A stretch of DNA of 45,999 nt from Nemertoderma westbladi (Eukaryota > Animalia > Xenacoelomorpha). The DNA lies in assembly GCA_032718475.1 (NCBI GenBank), contig JAUCBJ010004658.1, positions 1 to 45,999 of the forward strand. Reading direction: 5' to 3'. Positions 11,133 to 22,352 of the stretch are shown here, one piece after another. Each line of letters opens with the position of its first letter. Within the stretch, counting starts at the first letter, position 1. The position numbers and the translations under genes were made by a program. Under the pieces are notes generated by a model that was not told the origin of the DNA, made no database searches, and worked only from the letters and a program-made list of their open reading frames with translations.

Positions 11133-13300
11133 TTACGTCTGAAGTCCATCTACTTACTCCAGGTATTGTTTGGTATATTTGCATTTTTCTAAAAATAATA
11201 ATAAGAAGACTGGTACAAGGCTGACATAACTTCTGAACTAATCAGGTAGGTAGGTACCAGTACGATTCGAGAGTACAGGTTTTTGGTGATTTATTATATA
11301 TTAGTAATTGGCAATTCATTTAAAGACACAGTGTGCTCGGATGTACTGGGAACTACGTACCGTCGCGGTCACCAGAACAAACTCTTTGGAACTTAATGAA
11401 TTAACTACGTACAGTAATACATAAATAATAACTCAAGTTATCCTGTAGCTGATTATGAAACTGTAACCTGTTCTATGACTGCCGTATATTGTTTTGGTTA
11501 TAGTTACAAGCCACTGTAAGAGTAACCTGCTCAAGTACTTTTTGAAGTACTTTTGTTTATTTTGGAGGTGTCAACCCCCTCCAAATCGATCATTGCGGTT
11601 CCAATGAGCCTAAAGACAATGCAATAGGTGTACCAGAAGTTGGTCACCAGGAGGATAGAAGGCACGCATGCCACATAGCCGCATCAGTTAAAACCTTCCA
11701 CTCATGTATGGGGTATGGCGCCTCTTAGGCTAAACTTTTTCAAATTTTCTGAAGATTTCTTTGCCATGTTTTTGCGCTATTTGAAACATTATTTTGAGGT
11801 ATCAGCAGGATATTTAACTTAGTTATTGCTCAGAATCAGCAAGCCTAAATCTGTAAATGTACTCATACAAAATCATACAGACATATGGAAAACACTGCAA
11901 ACCAGAAATTGATCAGCAGGAAAACAAGGATAGTGCTGAGCATTGAGCTGTATGCTGATTAAATTACTATTCCTCAGTTGGCAACCGAGAAAAGCCACAA
12001 CGCCAGCTTTCTTTCGATTTCTTTCTTTAAAATGACAGGCAGTCCGAGTCCCAGTCTGCCAGTAGTAACCAAAATAATAAACGAGCATGACTGCATGATT
12101 TGGTGAATTGTGTGTTTAAACTGGTAACTTTCTGAATGTGTAGGGGTATTTGGTAAATTATAACATAAACATTCCCGTATGTCTCCCATTCCGACGATTT
12201 TCTTAATCCCCAATCTATGAAAGTTCGCTAACCGAACCCGGAACCACGAACCGATCTCAACTAACCCGCGGACAGCGGACTAACTCATTAAGAGTTCGAG
12301 GTGGTAATGTAATCTGTTTCTATTCGATTATATTACAGGATTATTCGATGAATTTAAGTGCTGATGTCATCAGTACGTGGCGTCGGGGGTGATAGGCTGA
12401 TAGGCCTATTTGCTTATCGCGCCTATCTGCCTAGGCCTATATGTTTGTATATCGGAATTCGATATGGTCTTCTGAGGGACTGCTGGTAGCAACGCTCTAC
12501 CGGCACCGGCCACCTTAATATGCGAAACATCCTCGGTATACCAACCCAACTATTGGCGAAATGGCGACAGTTTACTTACGGCTGTACGGTAAGTTTAGAC
12601 GTTTACGTAACATGCAACCGTACATAAAATACGATACGCTAGTTGCCAGTCAGCCAGCACTTTACGTCGAGTTGGCCTATGGACACGATCATCCGAATAC
12701 TCTGTACATGTGTTTTAAATTAATCGCTAATACTGTAATACAGTACGGTAATAGTGTTGTGATGCTATAATGGAAATGATCTACTGTACTTACTGACAGG
12801 GACAGCCTGTCTTCAGGCATAGTTCCTGAGTTCTGACTCCAACTAAACGAAAGACTAAGCTATACCGTCACACCTAAGCCTATTGAGTATTGAATTGAGC
12901 TCCATTTTCAAGTTCAGATCACATTGTGTCTGCCAACTAGGCCTACTAGGGTACAACTTTTCGCCACATCCGTACAGCCGTATGCATTTGCCGTATCCCT
13001 ATGTACATACTGATTACTGACATACGCGTATGTAATGGATTCCTATGAAGAATAATCCGGGTTTGGCTTTTTGCCGTATATGCACGTAGATGAAATTGTT
13101 CCCGTAGCCTACCGTAGGCTACCGTGCGTAATGTGGGACGTATTTCTGGGGTAAATCTTTTCGACCTACGCGTAGTTCGCAACATTTAGTCATATATCAC
13201 CAGTTACAGAGTTTTAACAATAACTACGCGTAGGTCCTACGCGACCTACGCCTGTACGCGTAGGGGCTACGTATAACTACGCGTAGGTGCTACCCATAAC
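11133..13300 (+). repeat. Duplicated upstream region of zinc-finger gene copy A
   Basis: Colinear and highly similar to 42891-45999 once the MITE at 44606-45560 is removed. Ends in TACGCGTAGG-type short repeats. Confidence 0.93.
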
Positions 13301-13739
13301 TATGCCTATACGTCGTTTATCATTAGTAGGCCTACGTATTCCAAGCGAGTCAGTACTAAAATAAGACACAATACGGTATGTTCAATAAACAACCCACAAC
13401 CATCAAATGCTTTCAACAGTAATGTATCCTATACCGGTATACTCTATGTAGTGGCATACGATAAGACTGCATATTCTTCACTGCATGCGTTGCGGGCGGT
13501 AAAATGTGTTAATAATTAATGTTTAGAGTTCAAAAATAGTTTACAAAGGAAATAGGCCGATGGTTCTTATCGATTCTCTATGCTTTTTATTGCCTTTGTT
13601 CACGATAGGGCAAGGATATACTGTATTTAATATGTTAACCCCTTGAAAAGGGAAGGGGGAGATTGGTTGCACTTGTTATTTAACCAAACAATTTGATTAT
13701 ATGCAGTATTTATCAGCTTTATCAGCTACAGTGACTTTA

Positions 13740-14176
13740 TGGGTGTGAGATATTTACGACAGGTGATCTTGACGGCTTGGATCATGTGAGACGGACCCGT
13801 GCGTTTTACTGGAAGATGTGGGCGGGTATCTCAAAGTACTCCTCTTCAACGGACTTACTCGAAGTTATAGATAATAACGGTACGGGCAGCACTGGCCTAG
13901 ACATCGAGCCCCTATACGGGTTCAGGCGTCGCGCGGCCGCTCAGCTGATCGTTAACAGCTGCCACCAACGATGCTGCGACACGCCAAAATGCTGGCGACC
14001 GACTGATACCTGCATATGCAAACTGTGTCACCGCGCTGCGGATACGAACTTACCTTATACAATCTGCGAGGGGATCCCACCAAACACCACATCGTTACAG
14101 AAAGCAATATTTTTAATGACCCTGGAACTCTAACACTTTTAATAATAATATGCAATAATAATAATAATTTTAATAA
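13740..14176 (+). mobile_element. 3' end of a non-LTR retrotransposon (ORF2 C-terminus plus TAA tail)
   Basis: LDHVRRTRAFYWKMWAGISKYS...CHQRCC...CICKLC Cys/His-rich terminus, immediately followed by (TAA)n-like repeats. Confidence 0.55.
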
Positions 14177-14564
14177 CTTTATTTATTTTAATAATTTAGT
14201 AAACCACCTCTTAACAACCTCTAGTTTGTCTGCTAACAACAGTATATTCAACATGCATATTTCATCTTATTTATCCGAATGTTTGGATGATAATTAAATA
14301 ATTCATATTTAAATAATCCAATGGAAACAAAGATACTTGAATCATGAGACGTGAATTTTAAGTTTACTTTTTATTCATCCTGTGTTTGTATGTGAAAGAG
14401 CCGAATATTATTTATTACCATTGCTGTATATAGAGATATGAGTTTCCGATTCTGTTATTCCATTTGTCAGATAATCAGATACCTGACATAAACCGATACT
14501 TGCCTAACAACTCAACCCTACCGGACTGCTGGACCTGAAATGAAAAATCATTGTTATTAGGACT

Positions 14565-15278
14565 GCTACCGAGATACTCGTAACGGTTGACGATTTCTAT
14601 GGGAGTGTTATTCTAGGTAAACTTGTCTGCGCGAGCTAGATGCCCGGCTTTACGGAATTTAATAATTTTAGTTTTCTTTAAGTTTACAGTCATTCCGTTT
14701 AGGAGGCACCAATCATATAACGCATCGAGAGCGCGTTGTAGTTCCTCGCTGTCATCGGAATACAGTGCCAGATCATCTGCGTAGAATATCAGTTTAATAA
14801 ATCGACACACCCTAAGTATTGTGTGGGCGAGATCAGCGATAAATATTATAAAACACGTTGGGGATAGACAATCACCCTGGAGGATTCCGCGAAGTTGCTT
14901 AATGGTTTTCGATAGACGGAGTCTGTCGTATATTCGGATGTCATTGTTTAGTAGATCTTTAATTATACCGTAAATCTTCCCTTTAATACCAAAGTTATAT
15001 AACTTGTAAAGAAGAACTGCCCTTGGGACAACATCAAACGCCTTCCGGAAGTCGACGAACGCGACAAAAACAAATCGCTTGCCGGAGCCAGTTCGCCGGA
15101 AGGACGCCGAGATATCGGCAAGAAGTTGCTCCACCGCGTGGCGAGTAGACCTCCCCTGCATAAATCCGTATTGGACCCCGGGTATTAGGTGGATTACGTG
15201 TAGGCGAATTCGCTTATTAATTATTGATGTAAATAATTTCAGGAGAACCGAGAGGAGAGCGATTCCTCTATAATTAGC
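14565..15278 (-). pseudogene. LINE reverse transcriptase fragment (CR1/L2-group-like)
   Basis: NYRGIALLS, QYGFMQGRST, FVDFRKAFD, GILQGDCLSP, YADD, NLKKTK. After an in-frame TAG it continues IEIVNRYEYLG. Confidence 0.92.
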
Positions 15279-17054
15279 GTGTTGGTGAGAGTATTTCAAC
15301 CAAATTTGTTCGTAAATATCTCAGGAACATTAATCCCAACGATCTCAATTCCTATAACTTGATCAACTTCATTCGTCAAGATCCGGAATATGGCGATTTG
15401 TTCATCAACTCTCATCCAGAACTACAGGAAGTTCATAGACGACCCTATGAATATAGAGCCCGAGAACGCGAGTTAGAAAGAACTATCAAACAGAGGAAAT
15501 TTCTTACTACTCACGGTCTACCCACCGCTCTCGTGCAAACGACTCGTCAGGGACCAGTAAGAGCTGCTGTACTGAAACGCGCTCTGAAGGTTGTTCGACC
15601 TCACTCCACTGAGGTTGATATCGATCAACCGGGTACCTCGACCGGCAGATACACCGACCGTAATCCTAAACCTTCCAATGCAATTGTATTGCACCCTTCA
15701 CCCAGGAGTTATAGCCCTCCTAGTAAAGTGGCTCGCACCAAAGAGAAAAGGACTCTTGCTAGCCTCAAAAAACTGCGTAAACGCCATCCGCGTAAGAAAG
15801 ACTAACTGTTTAGAGTATTTTTATATTTTAGAAACTGTGATTTTTTATATTTTATAGAATTAAATCCCATTTTCTGGGAGCGGTGTAAAAGCTTTTGCGG
15901 ATATAACCAGTCATTTTTCTCCGCAATGAACTGTTTAGTTGTTTTAGCGGACATAACAAGCCATTTTCTCCGCAATGTACCCTGTAGGTGTTTTAGCGAC
16001 ATAACAAGCCATTTTATGCCGCAATACGCCAAATACTCTAAATAGAGTGTGGTTCAGATGACGAAATCTGTCAGCTGATTTGCTGTCGATGTGGAGCTTT
16101 CTTAACTTTCTTTGTTTGGCTCGCTCGACCAATCAGAGCGATTTTCATTTTATTTTGCACAGAAGCCTACGGGAAATCGCGCAATGCATTATGGTCTTTG
16201 TTTACCTTTCTGAGCGAGAACAACTGCTTGGAAATTATTCTGTACTTCTGTGTTGGAAGTTTCAGACTTTGGCCAACATTAGGCGGCTTTGATTATAAAA
16301 AAGTAAATATATTACCTGACTGATGAAACTGCATCTGGCTGCAAACCAAACAAACTGTCTGCACCAATTTCACCGCATTATTTTACTGCTATTTACTGTC
16401 GGTTATTAATTGTTACATGTTGATGGATATGTTGTTATATTTGGAGAATATCGAAAAATAATCATAAAACCCCAATCTTCTTGATTACCAAAGGTTAGAG
16501 AGACCGGTTACCGGTAGCAATTGCGACTTACATTACAGTGGTTTTAGTGTGCATTAAATGCTATTTCATAATCCCTACATGTGTCAGTTGCTATCCTCCT
16601 TATATATTATCAAATTCAGTGACGGTCGCCAGATCAGTGTGCAGCAATGTGAAGTCGTATGCAGTAGTGTGACAGATAATAAAGCATCTCCTAAAGAATG
16701 CGCCATTTACGAAAATCAATAGCCATCTCGTTGTATTTAGTATAAGTCATAACTCTGTTTTATACTTAAAGCGCCACGTCCTAAAGGAACTGTTAATATT
16801 TCCCCGAAAGTGAATAATATTCTCAGAGATTATATAGTAACTATCAATCGAATAATACCGTAGGTCTGCACCGGAATCCCTTCAAAGCATCCGAATCCAG
16901 TCTCCCTTAACTGTGGGTGAATGATAGCGCATAGACTGGCTTCGGCTAATGTTACTTCATGTGCATTAAATAATTGTTATAGGCTAAAGTCGATTTATAA
17001 ACAAGACACCTAAAATTGGCGGGTTAAACTGCTAAAGGTCTGAAAGCGCGAACA
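15276..17054 (+). mobile_element. 5'-truncated BEL/Pao element of a related subfamily (ORF3 C-terminus, PPT, 3' LTR)
   Basis: 15276-15805 is homologous to 31315-31843. Same GGGAGCGG PPT. LTR at 15884-17054. Confidence 0.9.
15884..17054 (+). repeat. LTR, diverged subfamily, 1171 bp
   Basis: TGTAAAAGCTTTTGC...GAAAGCGCGAACA termini are shared with the other LTRs; the interior is clearly diverged. Confidence 0.9.
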
Positions 17055-17962
17055 ATAAGATCTTCATATGTCTTGGTAAGATCTTGGCACCTTTGCTCTA
17101 TGATCTGAGCAGGGTTGGTAACGATCAATGCAGATCTTTGCAGGATTGGTAAGACCACGGCTGATCTCTGGAGTTTTAGTAAGATCAGTGTAGCTCTTTG
17201 CAGAACTAATGATATATAACAAAGTTCTGCAAAGATCTTAATAGTTCTCAATCAATAATTAAGAAAAATTTGAAGCATTCTTCTGTTTGCACTGTGGATT
17301 GTTACTATGGGGATATGGCAGTGGGGGATGTAGAACTAACCTAACACATCTTACCTACATATCCTACTATACAACTAAGACCTACTCACCTACTCACCTA
17401 ACATTTCCTATTGTCCCTATCCGTATATCTATTGTGTGGTAATGGTATTATATTTAAGCAGAACAAATTTCAATTTGGTTTTAAGATAAAGCCAATTTAA
17501 CTTTGCATTAATATCAATAAATTTATATTAGATTCATATAAATTAATATAATTACCCTACTTGGCCACCATATTAGATAATTCATATTGAAGTAGATTTA
17601 TAAATTTCTTTGTTTCTATACCTATTAATTGATAATTTATAATTAATTATTGATTGATAATTTCTAACTTGATATTATCATGATATGGACATGATAAGAT
17701 CTGAAAAGATCTTCGTATGATATGTAATATTCTGTAAAACGCTGTGAAAGAGAGTACTCTGGTCGGTCAAATACGGCAAAAAATAATAATCATTGGCCTC
17801 TGCCAATGGTGTTTTAAAATTTGGGTACGCTGCATTTGGCTTGCCAATTGTGGATGGCATGGTTATAACAAAATACATTTACCAAGCTTGCATAGCATCT
17901 CAATGTGCAGTTTCAATGCAGCAGGCCGATTATAGTACTGTACAGTAGTAATTGCTTATGAA

Positions 17963-19268
17963 TAGTCCGCCTGCTATTCGTGTGCATCGAACTGCACTAG
18001 CGCGCCATCTAGACATCTAGAGGTTTTAAGAGTTTATTTTATTTGGAACAGTGGAGCACTTTATAAAAACCTTACACTACTTCGACCCCTCTTTCCATTC
18101 CTTACATGATTTCAACGTCCAATCAAATAATAACTTATTACCAATCCCAGGTGTTAATGCAAGAGGTGTTCCTAGTAGTGTAAGGATTGGGAATACGCGC
18201 CCGGCTTAACTTTGTAATTAATCTGTATCTTTGAGTAAGGTTTGTTTGGAAAACCGAGATTTCGTGATTTTTCCTAAAATTTAATGGGTTATCCAACAAA
18301 GCAAACGCCATTTACATGGTCATGTTAGTTTTCGTGCTGTGCTCCCTTTCTGGCACCCATCTCCAGTAGTTTCGTACTAAGATTTTCAATAGTTTTCATA
18401 ATTCACTAAAAATTAATTATATTAAAAAATTAATTTAAAATTAATTAAAATTAATTTATTTGCAATATATAGCGGTTTTTTTGGATGCTGAAAGCGATTA
18501 TAGAACTGCAATATTATTATTTATTTATTATTATTATATATTCGTGAAATTTTTTGGTAATTTTCAAAGTGTCACCTGGGGTACGAATAAAACAAGTAGT
18601 GCAAATATGTTAGTCAAAAATCACGTCAACAGCTTAAGTTCATTCAAATTTCGCATCCTTCCTGTTGGTACATGACTTGAATTTGCATAACTCAATGCAA
18701 TGATGTTGATGTTTGTTTTGTAGGCAGATACAGAGTGAGTACAAAACAAAGACCCAACACCCAATTATAAAGACCTGCATAATCATCTAACATGTGTTAA
18801 CTTTCGTTTATTGTTTTGGTTCCCCCAACACGCCTCAATAACGTGTTCCTTTACTAACCTGTTTCTTTAAATAGCAATGGTACTTATCGCTCTTATGGAC
18901 CTAACGCGACTTCACCTCTTTGTTTTGTACAGAACAGGCAGTAGTCATGGGTCTTTGTTTTGTACTCAACCGGCATATACATGTTGTTGGTTTACAATTG
19001 CGATACAGCAGAGATAGAGTGAGAGAGGATATATTATGGAGCTGGTAGAACATGCATCCAATCAGGTACAGTATTACCATATCCTCTTCATCTAACAGCC
19101 ACCCCAGACCTATGGGAGAAGATACATTGATGATGTGATGAGTACTAAGCTTATATACGATTGGTAGTTGGCTCTGGATAGGTGTCTCTCTTTAAACAAT
19201 ATTTATAAGGTGGCAGCAAGGTTGACTCGATTTCTCCATGTTTTGAACTGAAAAGACGATACCGAAGC
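17963..19268 (-). mobile_element. Degenerate Academ(X)-like transposon 3' part (continues 33114-~33200 after the LTR element)
   Basis: Minus-strand decayed translation VNELRYRLF..KHGEIESTLLPP...RANYQ...GW...WMHVLPAP then a Cys-rich tail. TAGTCC at 17963 is a possible terminus. Family assignment is from recalled motifs. Confidence 0.5.
18731..18977. mobile_element. Tc1/mariner-type MITE
   Basis: Inverted repeat TGAGTACAAAACAAAGACCCA / TGGGTCTTTGTTTTGTACTCA flanked by TA. Absent from the homologous segment at ~33910. Right end is imperfect. Confidence 0.7.
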
Positions 19269-20455
19269 TGTAAAAGCTTTTGCAGAATTAGCCGGTTATT
19301 TTCCCCGCAAAGTACTCTGTAGGTGTTTTAACGGACATAAAAAGCCGTTTCCTTACTGTACCGGTGTTTTAGTGGACATAAAAAGCCATTTCTTCTGTAT
19401 GTGTACCTTAGTGGACATAACTAGCAATTCTATGTCGCAATAGCTAGAATTCTCTTGAAACAGTGTAGTTACTATGACGACAGCTAACAGCTGATCTGTA
19501 CACGTGTAGTTTTTTCCTTGTTCTCCGTTGTTTCTTTGTTTGGCCAACCAATCAGAGCGATTCTCCTGCTATTTTGTACAGAAACCTCCGGGAAGTCGCG
19601 CAATGCATTATGGGTCAATGTTTACCTTTTTTCCTGAGCCCAGAACACCGCCTTTGGAACCTCTGTGTTTTCAGGCTTTAGCCCAACATTAGTAGGCTCG
19701 ATCATAGAAACGTATATCTGTTATCTTAACAAATCAATCATAACATAACTCACCTTATCATATTGTCAACTACAAACACCGCATTTTTACTGCTATTTAC
19801 TGTCGGTTATTGGTTATATCAGTTGATGGAATATTATTATATTTGGAATATCGATAAATAATTATAAAACCCTCAATCTTCTTGATATACTGAAGGTAAG
19901 AGACCGGTTACATATAACAGTTGTGACTCACATTAAAGTGGTTTTGGAGTGAATCTAATGCTATTTCATAGGCACTACATGTGTTGGTTGCTGTTCTCTT
20001 TATATGTGACTAAAATTAGTCAAGGTCGGCAGATCGGTGTGCAGTATTGTGCAGTAGTGTGTATGATTGTGACTGATAACAAAGCATCTCCTAAAGAATG
20101 CGCTATATACGTGAATCCGTAGCCATCCCGTTGTGTCTAGTTTAAGTCATAACTCTGTTTACATATTTAGAGCGCCACGTCCTAAAGGAACTGTTAATAT
20201 TTCCCGAAAGTGAATAATATTTGTCAGAGATTATATATTAACGATCAGTAGAATAATACAGTAGGCCTACATCGCAATAAGGTTGAGCTTCCGAATCCAG
20301 TCTCCCGGGTATATCCAGCGGGTGAATGGTCGCGCATAGACTGGCTTCGGCTAATGTAGTGTATCAAATACTCGTCATAGGCTAAAGTCGATTTATTATC
20401 TAGAAGACATCCAAATTTGGCAGGTTAAACTGCTAAAGGTCTGAAAGCGCGAACA
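19269..20455 (+). repeat. 5' LTR
   Basis: Direct repeat of 31922-33108, about 11 substitutions by eye. U3 has short GTTTTAGTGGACATAA-type subrepeats and a CCAAT box near 19548. Confidence 0.97.
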
Positions 20456-20466
20456 ATAACAGATAT
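20456..20466 (+). promoter_or_regulatory. Putative self-priming primer-binding site
   Basis: ATAACAGATAT directly after the 5' LTR. No TGG tRNA signature. Exact reverse complement of LTR positions 19714-19724 (ATATCTGTTAT). Confidence 0.55.
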
Positions 20467-21961
20467 TGCTTCTTTATTGCAGCGTAGGCAATAAAGCTGA
20501 AGTACCGGTCAACCGGTACCCCGTAGGCCTAACTACCCGGACCGGTACTTACAGCAGTACAGGTACAGCAGTATTATGCGATTGTGATATTGTATACCGG
20601 TAGGCCTTAATATTTAATCAGGGACGGCCGCCCTGGTTTTTTATTGAGATTTTACTTATTTCTGTCAGGTTTTATTTATTTGTAGGTTAATATTGAGCAG
20701 AAGACGTGTAAGCCTGCTCAGATTGTATAGATAATTTGTAGGCTGGACTGTTGTCTGACTGTTGTTAAGTCTGAAGAGATTGTAGTGTGTGTAGAGCGTA
20801 TGTCGGAAAAAGTACTAGTTAGGAACGTAGGGGCTTCCAGTGCTGTGAGGTAAATCCCCTTGAAAGAATAAGTCATACTACTCAGTTAGAACGCATACTA
20901 ACTAACCATTTCGGAGTCTGCATATACTGTGGTTTATTTAGGCTTGATAGTAGTCTGCCAGCGTTTGGTCTGTACTTTGTTTGTGTAGTCTGTAAAGGTC
21001 GCGTAATATTTATTATTCAGAGTTTATGCGATTATTCGCAACATTCATACCCCAAGTTTATTCCTACAGTAATTGTGCTTGTTATATATACCGTTATAGT
21101 TAAACTAACCCCGGTACTACATCAGGGCTGCTCGGCGTAGGTAAAGACTGGTGATTTTGTGCCCCGGTCACTCCAGCAGATACCGTGGTTCTTTTGGCTG
21201 TACAAGTATTTTTAACTACTGATTATTGGTTGTATAAGTACTTGTACCTAATTTAGGGTTTAGTGTACAGTGCTTTCCGAAGGTAATTAGTGTGTAGGCA
21301 GTATATTTGTGTTGTAAAGAGGTTAATAGGCACGTTGGTTCTGGTAGACCGCGGTAATTAACTTCTAGGTAGGAACACTCCGTGATACATAACGTAGTAC
21401 TTATAGCGATACGGCTATAAGTCGTCAGACGGTGGTATTTTTCCTATCTGGACAACGCAATATATTTACTACTACTTATTATTTTCAAATACCGTAGTAT
21501 CCTGTCCGTTGTAATAACCAGATATTCTAACCCTTTGTTAGGCTGGTTTGTAGACTTCTTGTAAAATTACCCTAAAAATTCGTACGTGTAATTTTTGTGT
21601 TTATTTAGAGATTGTAATCTCACCCCGAATTGTACGTAACTAGTAGTATTAAGTAACTTAGGTAAATTAGAATTATTCGTTTTAGTGTCCAACAAGTAGC
21701 ACTTCGCTGAGAGCGTACAGCTTCTGTGCAGTGACTCCTTCCTAGAAATAATAACATTTATTTCGAATATTGACAAAAACCCATTAAAACGGGTATATAT
21801 ATTATAAATCAACTCAAACCGATTTATAAAATAGTAGGCCTGTCTTACAACAATTAGGTCTAAATATCAGTTGGACTACTGCTTAAATAACGGTAATAAA
21901 GTAAAGTAAAGTAACCAAGTAACCCCTAAAATTCAGAAATTCAATTATTTAAAATAATTGA

Positions 21962-22220
21962 CATACCGGTATTTACAATAGGCTTATTATATTTATTTCT
22001 ATAAATTTAGGCTAAATTATATACCGGTATTCTGTAATTAATTCTAGTCTGTAATTATACTTATATATATACATTATAAGTGTAAGCTGTATACCGGTAT
22101 TCACGATAGGCCTATCATATATTTATATATATTTGCGCTGAAATTATATACCAGTATTCTGTGACAAACCTAGTCTGTAATAATACTTATATATATACTA
22201 TAAGCATACTGGTATTCTAA
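21962..22220 (+). repeat. Degenerate ~128-bp tandem duplication in the 5' leader
   Basis: Recurring ATACCGGTATT and CTAGTCTGTAAT..TACTTATATATATAC blocks. Confidence 0.75.
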
Positions 22221-22352
22221 TATATTGTATATATATTACGTTACACTGAGTAACGATATCGGTAATTAATTACTAGGCTAACAGTTGATACTGAATTACT
22301 AGACTTGCTTTAACTGTAATATAGCAGTAGGCATTCAACTGTACAAATAAAC

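Noticed and set aside
17055-17250. Degenerate ~33-bp AAGATC-rich repeats after the diverged LTR
   Set aside because: Probably an old subterminal repeat. No termini, TSD or coding signal could be established.
19353-19547. 64-aa antisense ORF repeated at 32006-32200
   Set aside because: It lies in the LTRs, so its duplication is trivial. The ORF track shows no equivalent in the solo LTR.
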